Positions 24,810 to 37,409 of a DNA stretch of 64,000 nt are shown one piece after another; position 1 is the first letter of the stretch; each line of letters begins with the position of its first letter. The notes under the pieces were generated by a model. The model ran no database searches and was not told where the DNA came from. It was given only the letters and a program-made list of their open reading frames with translations. The translations under genes were made by a program, and so were the position numbers. The DNA is from Selaginella moellendorffii (Eukaryota; Plantae; Lycopodiophyta), in contig NW_003314304.1 in the NCBI RefSeq assembly GCF_000143415.4, positions 635,587-699,586 of the forward strand, read 5' to 3'.

Positions 24810-27584
24810 TCACCGCAGTCGGACGATCACCAGATTGGGGAGCGACGACGCTTGCAGCTTCTGGATCGCCCACAGCGTCACCTTGCACGACTGGAGCGCC
24901 AGCGACGTGAGATTCTTGAGCGGCAGCAAGTGCTGCAGCCCCGCATTCGTCACGGACGAGTTCCCGACGTTGAGCGACACGAGCTTCGTCAAGCCTGCAA
25001 GGAAACATAAACAAGGAGCAATCTAGCAATCTAGGAACCGAGAGCTACGCACCCGAGAGAGCCTCCAAGGCTTGGTCAGTCAGCTGACCATTCTGCGAGA
25101 GGTTCAAGTACGTAAGATCTGTCAGATCTTTTAAGCTCTTGACACCTACGTCTGTTATTCCACCACCACAGACCTCCAGGGACTGTAGCTTCTTGAAATC
25201 TGCGCACCAGAGAGAAAGCAAAAAAACCAAAAACTTTAAGGACCTGTCGAGATCTGGGCACAAGGGGACGACACACGGCAGCGAAGACAAAGCTCGAAAG
25301 AAAAAAGAAAGAGATCGAAAAGATTATATTACGTACGTCGAAGGCTGCCGATGCCATAGTCCGTGATGCGAGCGCTAAACAGATCCAGGTGCGTAAGATT
25401 AGTTAAGCCTGCGAAAGAAAAAGCTGTGAGTTTTCTTCTTCTTCGCTCGGCAGACAGTGAGCGAACGAAAAGGAAGAAATCAATGTGGAGAAAAGAGGAA
25501 GAGTTATTACTTGTGAGGGCCATGAGGCCGGTGTCAGTAATCTGTCGTGAGTCAATGTTCAAAGACTTGAGCGATGTTAAGCCTGAGATCTTGTGCAGGC
25601 CCATGTCCGTCACCATTGTGGACGAGATATTTAGACTCTCGAGCTTCGAGAGGCCTGGGAAACACAAGAAAAAGAGATTTTTTCGCTGTGAGAATGTGAC
25701 AAAGGAGAGGAAACAAGTTTACCCGTGAGGAAGTTGAGAGCATGGTTCCCAATCAGCGAGTCGGAAAGATCCAAGCTCTTGAGATTTACAAGGTCTGCAG
25801 TCACACAGCACAGAACCACAGGCACACAGGCAGTTTTGTATTCAATCCAGCAAGATGTTATTCGAGAAACAAATTGCATACTTTTAAAGTTCTGTACTCC
25901 TTGATCTCCGATCTTGCACGAGTCAAGGTTTAGGAACTGGAGACTCTTGAGGTCTGCAAGCACCAAGGAAAAAAGAAAAGAAAGAATGAGACGTCCGAAA
26001 CACAAGAAAGAGACAATCTTTTTTTCATACTTTTGAGGTACACCATTCCAGCGTCGCTCACATTTGTGTAGCTCAGATTCAAGTTCTTGAGGTTTCCGAG
26101 GCCTGATATATGAAAAACAAGAAAGAACGTGATCGGCAGAAGTGTGTAGTATCTCTACCTTCGAGTTTTCGGCAGCCGAAATCTGAGATGTAGCAGGACT
26201 TGAGATTGAGAGTTGTCAAGGAAGTCAAACCTGAAAGGATGAAAAAATCCACAGCAGATGGGAAGACTTGAAGGTTTTTAACCATTAAATTACGTACCAG
26301 CAATCGTGTCCATGCAGGCAAAAGTCACTGGGCAGCCTTCCATGTTTAGTACTTCGAGTTTCTTCAAATCTGCAGCGAAAGAAAGCGGTCGATCACAGAA
26401 CTCCAAAAAGAAAAGCAAAAGATCAAATACCTTTCAAGAAGGTGATTCCAAAGTCCTTGACTTTGCTTCGGGAGATTTGGAGTTCCAGCAAGTTGGTTAA
26501 ACCTGCGAGGAGTAAAAGTCTCTCCCAGTTTACTCCTGAAAAAAGAAAAACAAAGCAAACCAGAAAGCTGCTTCATGTCGGAGCTCCGGATGCAGTTGCA
26601 CCATCCGAGATTTAGTTTCTCCAGCTTTGTGAGTCCTGTTCATAAATACCAAAGACCAAAAGAAGAGAAGTTCGCAGCTAGCTAACAACGAGAGATGGGT
26701 AAAAAGAACTACCTTTGATATAAACAAGGCCGTCGTGAATCTTTGGACATCGCTCCAAATCCAAGTGCTTGAGGTTTGGGAGACCAGCCAAGTGTCTCAT
26801 CCCAGCCGGAGTTATAAGTTTGTTCTTTTGGAAGCTCAACGACGTAAGATTCGTGAAGCCTACGCAATGACAAAGCAAATGAAACGAGACTAGAAGCAAG
26901 TGACGAGTAGAGACTTACCTGTGAAGTAGCTCAGAGAAATGTCTGATATGTATTTACATTCGTTCATGCAGATGATCTCTACGTTTTCACAGATTTGAAG
27001 GCACTGCACGCCTTCGTCCGTAACCATAGAACCAGAAAAATCCACCGCTAGCAAGCAAAACTTCTGCGAGCCTATGACTTCCATCCAGCTATCATCAACA
27101 CCCGGATAGTAGCCGAGATAAATGTCCTGGAATCCACAAAGTTTTCATTCATGGAGATAGTTCTAAAGTATGGCTTTGATCGTACCTGGATGGCACAGTC
27201 CTCGAAAGCTTGAAAGAGCTCTCGAGAAAGAGCTTGAGTCTGGACGAGCTCGTTGAGGATCTTCTGCGTTAAATCCCTCGGCAGCTTCTCAAACGATTTG
27301 ATACCTTGTGTGTTCTTGAGTTGACAAGGAAAGAGAAAACTCTCAAGAACAATGGAAGAACCATAGAAAACTTTGCAAAAACTTACCTTACAAGTCTCTC
27401 GCACTGCAAGCTCCAGGAGCGATGGAGCCTTGTTTGCATTGTCTTGCTCGTCGCTAATATCCCTCTCAAAGTTCCTGGAAGGCCAGCGAAAGTAGAAGCT
27501 GCGACTAAATCTCGCGGAGCCACCATAGCCATCGTCAAGGTCTCCTTCCCTTTGGTCTCTCTTTCTCGAGCAAGCACCTCCCAT
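24810..27584 (-). CDS. Multi-exon LRR protein (AMN1 / F-box-LRR14-like)
   Basis: MGGACSRKR N-terminus, LPRDLTQKILNELV, and many LxxLxL repeats in short exons. It ends QASSLPNLVIVRLR. Confidence 0.88.
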
Positions 27585-28247
27585 TTTTTTCTCCTTGTTT
27601 GTTGGCTTTCTCTGGATTCCTCCTCCTAGTTTCTAGGCCGATCGCTCAACCTGGCATGGATCGCATAAACAAATCATGCACGAGAACAGATGATACTAGC
27701 TGGGAAAACTAGTCCAATCCACAAATTGGGGAAGAAACAAAGCGCGAGTGGAATCGAGAGCCCAACTCACCCGATGCTCTTGGCCGATCGCCTCGACTCC
27801 TGCCAATTGCCGCGAAAATTCTCACCTCCGCCGCCGCCCAAGACAGAGAATCCGCGATGGCCATGGCAGAAACACCGAGAAGCTTTTATTTCCCCTCTTT
27901 CCTCGCCCCGCCGCTATCGTATCGTGGAGCAGCGGATGCAAGCTTCCTCCTCCATAGCCATTCACTTTCACTTAGGGAAGACGAATACCCATCTCTCGAG
28001 AAATCCGTGCCGTCCGTTGCGAAACCGCGACGGCCCAGATGTGGTTCGCAAACTGCGCATCTGACGGCCAGGCGCGCACCATTTTGCAAAATCATGGCCG
28101 GCCGTTTGGGATTTGGATGGCTGATAGAGCGCCACGCGAGACGAATGGGGTTGCGTAGGCGTCCAAAACTGGGGGCCGGAGAATCCTTGCCGTCCAAATC
28201 TCTATACTGTTTAGATGACGGGGTTTTAGGTCAATTTGGCCCCCGGG

Positions 28248-30821
28248 ATGGGCGAGCGCAAGAGGAAGCGCGCGAAGGATCCGATCGAGGAGAAGGGCGA
28301 TGGAACTGTGGAGGATTGCGATCGCACAGGTGAGCTGACGGGGAAGAATGCTGGTGTGAATCGCCAGAGTGACGAGGACGCAGGGGTAGAGATCGCAGAG
28401 GGTAAAGAGAAGAGGAGCAGGAGAAAATCCAAGCATCCAGCTCCAGAAGAATCCAAAAACGAGGATTTTGAGGGTGAAAAGGAACGGGAGGAAGAGGAAG
28501 AGGAAGCCGGCCACGAGAAAAAGAAGCGAAAGCGAAAGCACGAAGACAAGGATTTAGTGGAAGAGAAGATTTCGGACGGGAAAAAGAAGCTAGATGGTCA
28601 CGAGAAGACGCGAAAGAAGAATGCCGGAGGTGGTGATCGAGAAGGTGGAGCCGCTCAAATTTCTTCGAAGAGCACAAAGCACAAGGAAGATGCTGGAGTT
28701 GACGTTGAAAAGATTGCAAAGGAGGATAAGAAGAAGAAGAAAAAAAAGAAGAATGTGCCAGGAATAAATGTGGAGGAACAAGAGAATCAGCCCACTGTTT
28801 GTGACGAGAGCGAGATCCGAGAGGACAGTACTAAAGTTCCTCTCGAATCGGAGAAGAATAAGAAGTTAGAGAAGAAGAAGCGAGAGAAGAGGATAGCAAG
28901 TGATGATACGGCCGATCGGAAAGTAAGCAGTGACGATCAACAGAGGAGGAAAGAATCTAGGCAGGAGAATGCTACTGCCAACGTTGATCCAGTTCCTTCC
29001 AAGAGGAAGAGGAAGAAAGACAAACACGCAGCCGCGCTTGACGATGCCGAGAGTCCTGAAGCTGGCGATGATCAAGAACACCAAGAACCGGAGAGGAAGA
29101 AGAAGAAAAAGAAATTTCATGCAGTGGACGTGGCTGAGGAGCAAGAGAATAACTCCGCTGCTTGTTACGAGAAAAAGAAGCGGAAGAAGAAACTAGAGGT
29201 GGCAGAAAGTCAGGATGATAACAAGCTCAAGCAGCGTGAAGACGAGCGTGGCAGTAGTGACAAACAGCGTAAAGAGAAAACTAAGAAGGCTGAGAGACCA
29301 GTTTCCGTCGAGACAGGCGGCGATCTCCATACTTGTACGAAGAACTTGGGAAACCATGCTGAGTCTACGATTCGAAACGAGAAGATAAAGAAGAAGGTCT
29401 CTTTCGGTGCTGCGGTGGTTTTAAACGAGGCCGCTACAGAGAAGAAAGTCCATTTCGGTGGAGTGGAGTTACAACCGACAGTCCCGAACGAGAGGCCTCT
29501 GTGCGAGCGGAGATTGAAAGATCCCCTATACAATAAGAAGTTTACCGAGGAAGAGGACGAGGCGATAAGACAAGCAGTTCGTCAGTTTGCAGAGGTACGC
29601 ACTTTAGCCTTCACTCGTAAAGCTGACTCTTTCCTTTTGCTTTTTTTCTTGCGCAGACCAAGGGGTTGGACCTGCATGAAACATACAAACTTTATCTGGA
29701 CCGAGAAACTCCAGAGCAGCGTCGACTTGGGCGAGAGCTTTCGAAAGCGCTTGGTAATAGACACTGTATTGTTGTGGCTCACATCCTAATATTCTCTACT
29801 TTGTGGCAGTGGCTTGCCTTCCGGAGAGAAACCCAATCTCTGTAAAATATCGAGCAGAATCTGTCTTGGACATTTTCGGCCAGAAAGGGATATGGCCACC
29901 AGAGGAAGTGGAACGGCTCCAAAGGTATGCGCTGTGGTGTATATATTTTTATAAGAAGTTTTTGCTTTGGTGTGGCAGCCTTGTTCTGACGCATGGCAAA
30001 AGGTGGACGCTGATATCGAAGCTTCTTGGGAGGAATAAGCGCAATGTTGCAACAAAGTATTACTATGTCAATGCTTTGCAGAAGAGAGGTAACGATCTTT
30101 CTTGGTTAAGATAGCAAGCAAGCCGGGTGTTTTTTTTTACAGGCAAGTATTCAAGCGAGGAAATCGCCAAGGTGACTTCGACAGTCCACAACGTTTTGGC
30201 CGAGTATGCGCGGCTAAATGTTCCAAGGCATAGAGAGGAAGACATCCCTTGGCGTTCGATTGCCGCAAAGCTACCCGGTCGTCCAGAGAGTCACTACCGA
30301 GTTCTCTGGTAAAGAAGAGCTATGAAAGCCTCTTTTTCTTCTTGCTAACTTTGCGATTGTCTTCCATAGGTACCGGGATTTGTGTTCTCCTATGGTTAAA
30401 ACCAAGGAGTGGGGAACTGGCGACGACCATCTTCTTCTACGGAGGTACTTGGCAGAGTTTTCTTTTTTCCCTGGTAGTTTTTAACTCGTGGTGTCGGTCG
30501 TTTACGCAGAATGCTCGAGTCCGGTGCGCCAGATGAAGAGTCCATCGACTGGGATAATCTATTGTCCGGAAGGCATGGCTTTCTTTCTTTTCTACCATAT
30601 ATTTTATAGTCTTTGTCCAATGCAGGTCAGGAGAGATATGTCTCAAGCGATGGCACGAAATGCGTGTACACTTGGGACATAAGTGGAACTGGCCTTTCGA
30701 GAAGAAGCTGGAACTTTTGATTGAGCGATTTGCTCCATGCTTTCTGGAAGAACCAGCAGCTGCTTGCCCAATTGTGTCGGGCCCGGAAGAACAATCTCTA
30801 CAAGAACAACATGTAAGCTAA
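28248..30821 (+). CDS. Myb-repeat protein of Reb1/TTF1/DMTF1 type with a long Lys/Glu-rich N-terminus
   Basis: KKFTEEEDEAIRQAV, GIWPPEEVERLQ..HGKRWTLISKLLGR, IPWRSIAAKLPGR, and last exon RSGEICLKRWHEM. Confidence 0.8.
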
Positions 30822-30954
30822 AGTTCGTTTGATTTATTTCGCAAAAGTTATATGATGGTGTTTTGCTTTTATAGTGACACTTCGAAAATTCTATACAAAA
30901 TCGTCGTGATATCGAGGAGTATGGCGTTACAGAAGGAAGGACTCAATCGATTGA

Positions 30955-31696
30955 TTATATCATATTGGTATCGTCGAGCAAGTGTAAATCATCCGGCATG
31001 CTGTCCAGAGTCATCTCAATGTCGTCGAGGTTAGCAGTTGAATTTACAAAGTCGGGGATATCGGTGAGATCGAGCTCCGGTATCGTGGTCTCGCTGGTGC
31101 TGGCTGCTCGTGCTGCTTCATCCTCTGCATGGAACAAAGATTTACACAGCTTTGGAAGAAAGATAACGTACCGCCAAGAGCTACAGCCGCAGTTGGATGG
31201 TCTTCTCGCCGTTGCGATTGCGAAGGCGATGACGACATGGTTTCGAGGATCTCCTCTGTGACAAGCTTGAGGTAATCTTTCTCCTCGGGGCCAATTCGTT
31301 GGTGGCACTTCCCTTCAATCAAGCACGCAATGTTGGCGATGTAATCTTCCTGGAGAAAGGAAACACGAAATAGAGTTCTTAGAAAGAAAAAAATTCCAGT
31401 CTCTCAAGAACAAAGAAAAGGAACTCTCCTTTCTTTCTCAGCTAAATCATCCACGCTTACCAGTGTGTCGGAGCTTGCGAATGTCACCCTCTCCATAGCC
31501 TGGCAAAACTTCTTGAGCGATTCCTGGTCCACTGGCTCAGGATCCCGATCCTTCATCGCGCAATACCTGCAACAGCAAGATCTCGATCAAAACCATCGCT
31601 CCCGGCACAGCGCAATCGATCTCACAGCAGATAGGAGACGTTAAGTTGGGATTCTTCCGGCCAGTCCTTCTTCCACAGGCATCGATTGTCGTCCAT
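30955..31696 (-). CDS. Small KIX-like domain protein with acidic C-terminus
   Basis: The spliced frame MDDNRCLWKKDWPEESQLNVSYLLYCAMK..ESLKKFCQAMERVTFASSDTLEDYIANIACLI resembles the plant MED15-type KIX helix pattern. Confidence 0.55.
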
Positions 31697-32056
31697 GGCC
31701 TGGCATTGCGCGGCGCGTCGGATCTAGAGAACACAAGAGCGGAGAATCGCTGACCTGATCGCTGCGACATCTAGGGCTCGCAATATCGTCCCGCGCCTTC
31801 GTCCCTCTCTCGCGAGGTTTAAACGTTTATAGCCACACTGGCCACTAAATTAGCCCCAATCTATTATTTATAGAAACCTTGCCCTAAAACCATTGCTTAA
31901 ACTAAACCTCCCTCCTTTAATTAATCTCTAGCTATTTAATCATATAGACTTTCGCGGGAGAAAATTGGCCACGCTCCTCTCGTCTCGTCCTCGCGATCAC
32001 CATTGTCTCGGATCATCTCGTCCTCGTCTCTCTCGATCGATGATAGATCGATCATC

Positions 32057-33467
32057 TCACTCGCCCTGCTGGTAGCAAAGCTCTCTCCTCAGCTTCCTCG
32101 AGAATGGCTGGCACGCATCCATGCTCAAGTCCGCCGCCGCCGCGAGAGCCATGAACACCGCCGCGTCCTCCACGCAAGTTACGTGCCTCACAGCCATCTG
32201 GATGCAGCGGCCCTTGTTCGTCTTGTTCCTCTCGCCGTGGACGGGGCAGCTCATCACGAATCCACCCGCGACTTGGAAGCCCAGCCCCAGGAAGCCATCC
32301 CCGCTGCTGTGAGGACTCTCCGTTGAAGACGACGAGGATGCCGCTTCCACCCGCAGCCTGACCGTGTCGATCGAGAACTCTCCGCCACTCTGGGTGCTGA
32401 TCACCGTCTCGGACACCAGGATCCCACTCCCGACGCTGGTGATGCCACCACCTTCAGCAACCAGCTGGAATCTCAACCCGAGACCACCCTTGCCACCTTT
32501 CTCCCTCCAGGCCTCCAGCCTCCCCCACGGCTCCCAGCTATCGACTCCGGTGGAGTCCGGGCGGAGGATGAGCCACGCACCTGGGTTTGATCGGCTCACG
32601 TAGTCGGACCCCGACGACGGCACGAAAGGTGTGACGATCGAAGCCGCAGCCACGGGAGAGCCCGAGAGGTCGTGGATCATCACAAGCCACCCCTTTCGTT
32701 CCTTGCGTTCTCTTTCTCTATCTCCTGTTAGCGGTGTGGACCAGCTCTTCGCTGGAGTATCTGTGAATCCTAGCCTGCAAAAAGTGAAAGAAGAAATGCC
32801 AGTGAGAAAGCCATCGCCAAGCTACAAACTCGAAGAGAGCTTCTCACCTAGCGCGGCAACTACGATCCCTGCTGAACTTGCAACTAAAGATGGGCTGCCT
32901 CAAGCTTCCCTGGATTTGTATAATCTGTGGGCCGGAAGCAGTGTCCCCGTCAAACTGGAAAACGAAGCGAGGATCTGCCTCTATCCTGGCATTGAGATGA
33001 AACTCCGCTCCAGGACTTCCACCTTTCTTTCCTATGCTCGCCCACGAATCGTAAAGCTGGAGTGGATTCCCCGAAAGCCACTCCGAGTCGACTGCAATGC
33101 TAAACTTCCCCAAGAAACTCCCTTCTCTCACACCACAGCACGAGCCCTGCCTTCCAGTGAAGACCACCACTTTCAAGCAAGGAGCCGCCTTCCTCGAGCC
33201 CAAGCAGCACTGGACTGCCAGTAGCTTCCTCAAGCTGGAGTGATCCAAGTAGAACACCGCCGCCACATTCCTGGAATCCGGCTCTGGCGCTGTTGCGGTG
33301 ATGAGCGGCACTGGCGCCGTCTGGACAGGAAATCCCGGCAAGCTGATCTCGCAGTAGCAGGGAATGGAGGAGGCATGTACGCCGACGCGAGCTGCTTTGG
33401 AGGCGATCGGGATTCGCAGCCCTAGGGCCGCGATCGAGACCTTGACGAATGCCTGGGGATCCATCAT
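32057..33467 (-). CDS. DUF1005 family protein
   Basis: MDPQAFVKVSIAALGLRIP, DPRFVFQFDG, HDLSGSPVAAAS and EDAAVFMALAAAADLSMDAC motifs. Confidence 0.9.
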
Positions 33468-34004
33468 AATCCCATGCTGCTACCTAGAGCTTCTTCTTCC
33501 AGCGCTGCTCATACCTCGCGGTCAGCAAACCCTACTCCCGCCGATTCTCCCCCTCGTTCGCGGCATGGGATGAATGCAGCTCTAGCCAGCGCCTCCGCCG
33601 CGATCCTCCTCCAGCAATCGAAGCAAAGACCCCGGGCGATGGCGACGATCGAGCGCGAGAAACGAGGAATCCACGCGCCCAGCTCTCACGCACAGAACAA
33701 AGCTCTTCCCTTGTTCTTCCTGTCTGGCTCAAGCAAATTGGAAGCCAATGGCTCGCGTCCGTAAGGCGGAGTTAATCCATGGTGCCACGTCCAATGCCCA
33801 TGCCATGCCAAAAACAAAGCGCTATGCCCTAAAACCCCCTTAAACCCTAAGCCTTTGCATGGCCATGCATGGCATACATGACAGCTGTATCCAGCAAATG
33901 CTAATCGTACACAATTCCGTACTGAAAGGATCTTCGCGCATATTCACGCTTTAGCATATTCTCAAGATATTCTCGGGGCTCTAGGGTTTTAGCAGAGCAG
34001 GGGA

Positions 34005-35630
34005 ATGGAGGGGAAGCGCAAGCTCAGCGTGGCGATCTGCCATCCCGATCTAGGAATCGGTGAGAAATTCCAGCGATTTGCGAGCGGCTCGCCCGAATTG
34101 CGTGAATTCGCGTGTGCTTTCAGGGGGAGCAGAGCGGCTGATCGTCGACGCGGCGCTGGAGCTCAAGAACAACGGTCACGACGTCCGCGTTTTCACGGCG
34201 CATCACGATCCCCGGCGCTGTTTCGAGGAGACTGTGAATGGTAAGGACGAAAGCTTCGCTTTTTTCTCCAAGGTCGCTCCACGAATTTCTTTTCTTTTCT
34301 TTCAAGGGAGCTTTCCAGTGACAGTCTATGGAGATTTTCTGCCAAGGAACGTCTGGAACAAGCTCCACGCGATCTGTGCGTACATTCGCTGCGTCTTTGT
34401 TGCGGTGTGCATGGTTTTGTTCTGGCCAAAGTTTGACGTCGTCCTCGTCGATCAAGTCTCGGCAGTGATTCCTATACTCAAGATCAAGAGATCAAAGGTA
34501 AATTCTGTGCTAGAAAATCCTTTGCGCTGACCTCTATCCAGTTTCTCAACAGATAGTCTTTTACTGCCACTTTCCCGATTTGCTGCTGGCTCCACACACG
34601 ACGACAATCAAGAGATTGTACAGGAAGCCCATTGATTGGCTCGAAGAAACAACAACTGGTATAAAGTCGTGTCTTCTTCGCTCTGAGCTTGTGGCTTTTG
34701 GAAAACACGTATCCATACAGGAATGGCCGATCGGATCCTAGTGAACAGTAATTTCACTGCGTCAACCTTCGCACGGACATTTCGAAAGCTCCACGCTCGA
34801 GGCTTGCGGCCGTCAGTTCTATACCCGGCGGTCGATGTCGAACAGTTTGCTTCGCTGCCAGAGAAAGCAAACGTGGATGGACTTCCCGCTGAAACGTAAG
34901 ACTTTTGTTTTCTAGATTCTAGAAATAACTTGGTCTTGCTGCAGGCCTTTTTTCCTTTCCATCAACCGGTTCGAGAGAAAGAAGAATGTGTCTTTGGCAG
35001 TCTCTGCTTTTGACATTGTGTTGAGCCAGATCGAGAACACTCAGGTGAAGCTTGTCTTGGCTGGTATAGCGAAACTGCACATCCTTCTCTTTTACTTAAC
35101 AGTGTCGTTTTATCCAGGAGGATTTGATAGACGCGTCACAGAGAATTGTGAAGTTCTGGACGACTTGCAAGATCTCGCTCGCAAACTCGGGATAAGCGAG
35201 CACGTCCTCTTTCTTCCCTCGTGCTCCACTCAAACAAGGGACGAACTCCTGGGATCTTGCGTGTGTGTCATCTACACACCGTCGGTAAGCCGAGCTTTTG
35301 CTTTCTCTTGGAGTTTTTTATCAGCTTTTCTCTGTGTCTGTGAAGGATGAACACTTCGGCATTGTCCCGTTGGAGGCCATGGCCGCAGGAAAACCAGTGA
35401 TAGCATGTCGCAGCGGCGGACCAATGGAGAGCGTGCTGCACGCCAAGACTGGCTTCCTGTGCGACCCAAAGCCTGCGGCGTTCGCGTCGGCTATGCTCGA
35501 GTTTGTCAAGGATCCAAACCTCGCCAAGTCCATGGGAAGCTCTGCGCGGTCGCACGTCCGGGACAGATTCTCCAGGCAAACATTTGGCAGTAGGCTTGTC
35601 CAAGAGCTCTGGTGTGCTTTGTCGCGATAG
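34005..35630 (+). CDS. ALG2: Alpha-1,3/1,6-mannosyltransferase
   Basis: HPDLGIGGAERLIVDAA, FYCHFPDLLL, FLSINRFERKKN and EHFGIVPLEAM..SGGPMES across short introns. Confidence 0.95.
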
Positions 35631-35954
35631 CTTTCGTCGAAGAGCAAAGCAAATGTTAGCGAGATTTTTTCTCAAAGCAAATGTTTGATCTTTGGCAAAG
35701 TGGAAAGCTTGCTCCTGCAAGAGAAAATGTGAGCCCGATTCGACTCCAAACAGCTTGCTCCCAGACAGAAGCTTGGGAAACGGAAACAAAAATCGATTTC
35801 TTTACAAGAAGAGCTCCACCCAGGAGGAATCAAAACATGAGGAGCCTGGAAGATCGGAGTGAGAAAGGAAAACCCTAAAGCTCTGTGTCAACGTTGCTTC
35901 CATCACTGGAAGAGAAAGAGCTTGAGGAAGAGGGAGGAGGGGAGGAAGAAGAGC

Positions 35955-36203
35955 TCATTTCTTCCCCAGCCCATAGCCCAGCGCGATGGCAACAGCTCCA
36001 AGACCAAGGGCAATTCCAACGCCGATGCATGCCAGCCCATCTCCGACAGAACCGCCCAGTGACTTCCCTCCAGCAGACAGAGCTTCTTTCACTTGGAGAT
36101 TCTTCGCAGCGCCCTTGGGATCAAGCGCTCCGCCCAATTTGAACATGCCGTAGCCCGCAACGGCCGTGGCGCCGATGCTGATCACAACCTGCGGGACAGA
36201 CAT
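35955..36203 (-). CDS. 82-aa Gly-rich hydrophobic membrane protein (copy 1)
   Basis: Two hydrophobic segments with GxxxG spacing and a telo-box just before the ATG. The frame is kept in three copies. Confidence 0.6.
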   Translation of the reverse strand: MSVPQVVISIGATAVAGYGMFKLGGALDPKGAAKNLQVKEALSAGGKSLGGSVGDGLACIGVGIALGLGAVAIALGYGLGKK

Positions 36204-36479
36204 TGCGAAAACCCTAAGCCTGAGATGTTTAATCACAGCATATATACCCAGAATCATCTGTTGTTCCCACGCGGGAGGAGCGTGATGACGTGGACAAGCT
36301 AAACGACAAGAAAAAGGGCAGAGAATTTTTAATCTTTTTTAGGAAGCGCAAATGCCTGAGATTCGAACTCTCGCGTGGTAGCATGGTAACAGCATATTTT
36401 GTTTGAATTAATGATCTAGCATTCTTTTGTGTCATTTTATCCAGTCTTGCAAAATTTTGTGCTCCACTCAACTAGGATC

Positions 36480-36850
36480 TTGTATGTGTGTTAAAGTTAC
36501 TTGAGTTCTTATTGGCTTTTCTATCTGGTTGTGAAGGATGGACACTTTCACCTTGGCATTGCCATCATTGCATGCCATGGTATGGCCACAATGAGCATGT
36601 TAAAGTAGTGGACTAATGGAGAGCATGTTGCATTAAGTGCTTTGCATTTAAGAGTGAAAGGGGATAAAGGTTTTTCTTTATCTTATAACTTTGATAATTA
36701 AGTTGAATTGTTGAATATATTTTTCAACATCTTAGTTTTACTGCAGGTGCCAAGACAAGCTTGATGCTATATAGGCTGCATTTATGTTAGTTATGCTTGA
36801 GTTTATCAAGGATCCTAATCTTGCCGAAGTACATAAGAAGTTTAGATATC
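36480..36850 (+). pseudogene. Decayed copy of the ALG2 3' exons
   Basis: Patchy similarity to 35240-35535 (gtgaaggatg.acactt, atggagagc.tg.tgca, gagttt.tcaaggatcc). Confidence 0.6.
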
Positions 36851-37081
36851 TCATGAAAGATAAAAACAAGTAAAGCATGTAAGTGGATTTCCTCTTTGGA
36901 AAACTTGTGAGACATTAGATTTCTCTCACAAGTTCTTAACTGTAATTTTTTCATACTTAATGAATATTTACAAGTACTATAAATCAATTAGAACACGATG
37001 ATTAAATTAAGTTAAACCATACTAAAAAATAGCCTCAAATTAAATGATGAAAGCAACTTATTTTGGTATGATTGGCAGCAA

Positions 37082-37351
37082 CTAAGAAGGCAAGCATTTC
37101 TTCCCCAGTCCATAGCCCAGCGCGATGGCAACAGCTCCAAGACTGATAGCAAGTCCAACCCCGATGCATGCCAGCCCATCCCATGCAGCTCCTTGCATGT
37201 CGATAGAAGTGCCCAGTGACTTCCCTCCAGTAGAAAGAGTTTCTTTCACTTCCACATTCTTCAAAACACTCTTAAGATGAAGCATGCTGTAGCCTGCAAT
37301 GATCGTGGCAATCGTGGCCCCGATGCTGATCACAACTTGCCAAGAACACAT
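37082..37351 (-). CDS. Gly-rich hydrophobic protein (copy 2)
   Basis: Paralogue of 35955-36203 with an open frame. Confidence 0.5.
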   Translation of the reverse strand: MCSWQVVISIGATIATIIAGYSMLHLKSVLKNVEVKETLSTGGKSLGTSIDMQGAAWDGLACIGVGLAISLGAVAIALGYGLGKKCLPS

Positions 37352-37409
37352 TGCAAAAACCCTAAAATTGAGATGTTTAATCATTCTTCTAGGCATGTCA
37401 ACCCTCAAA

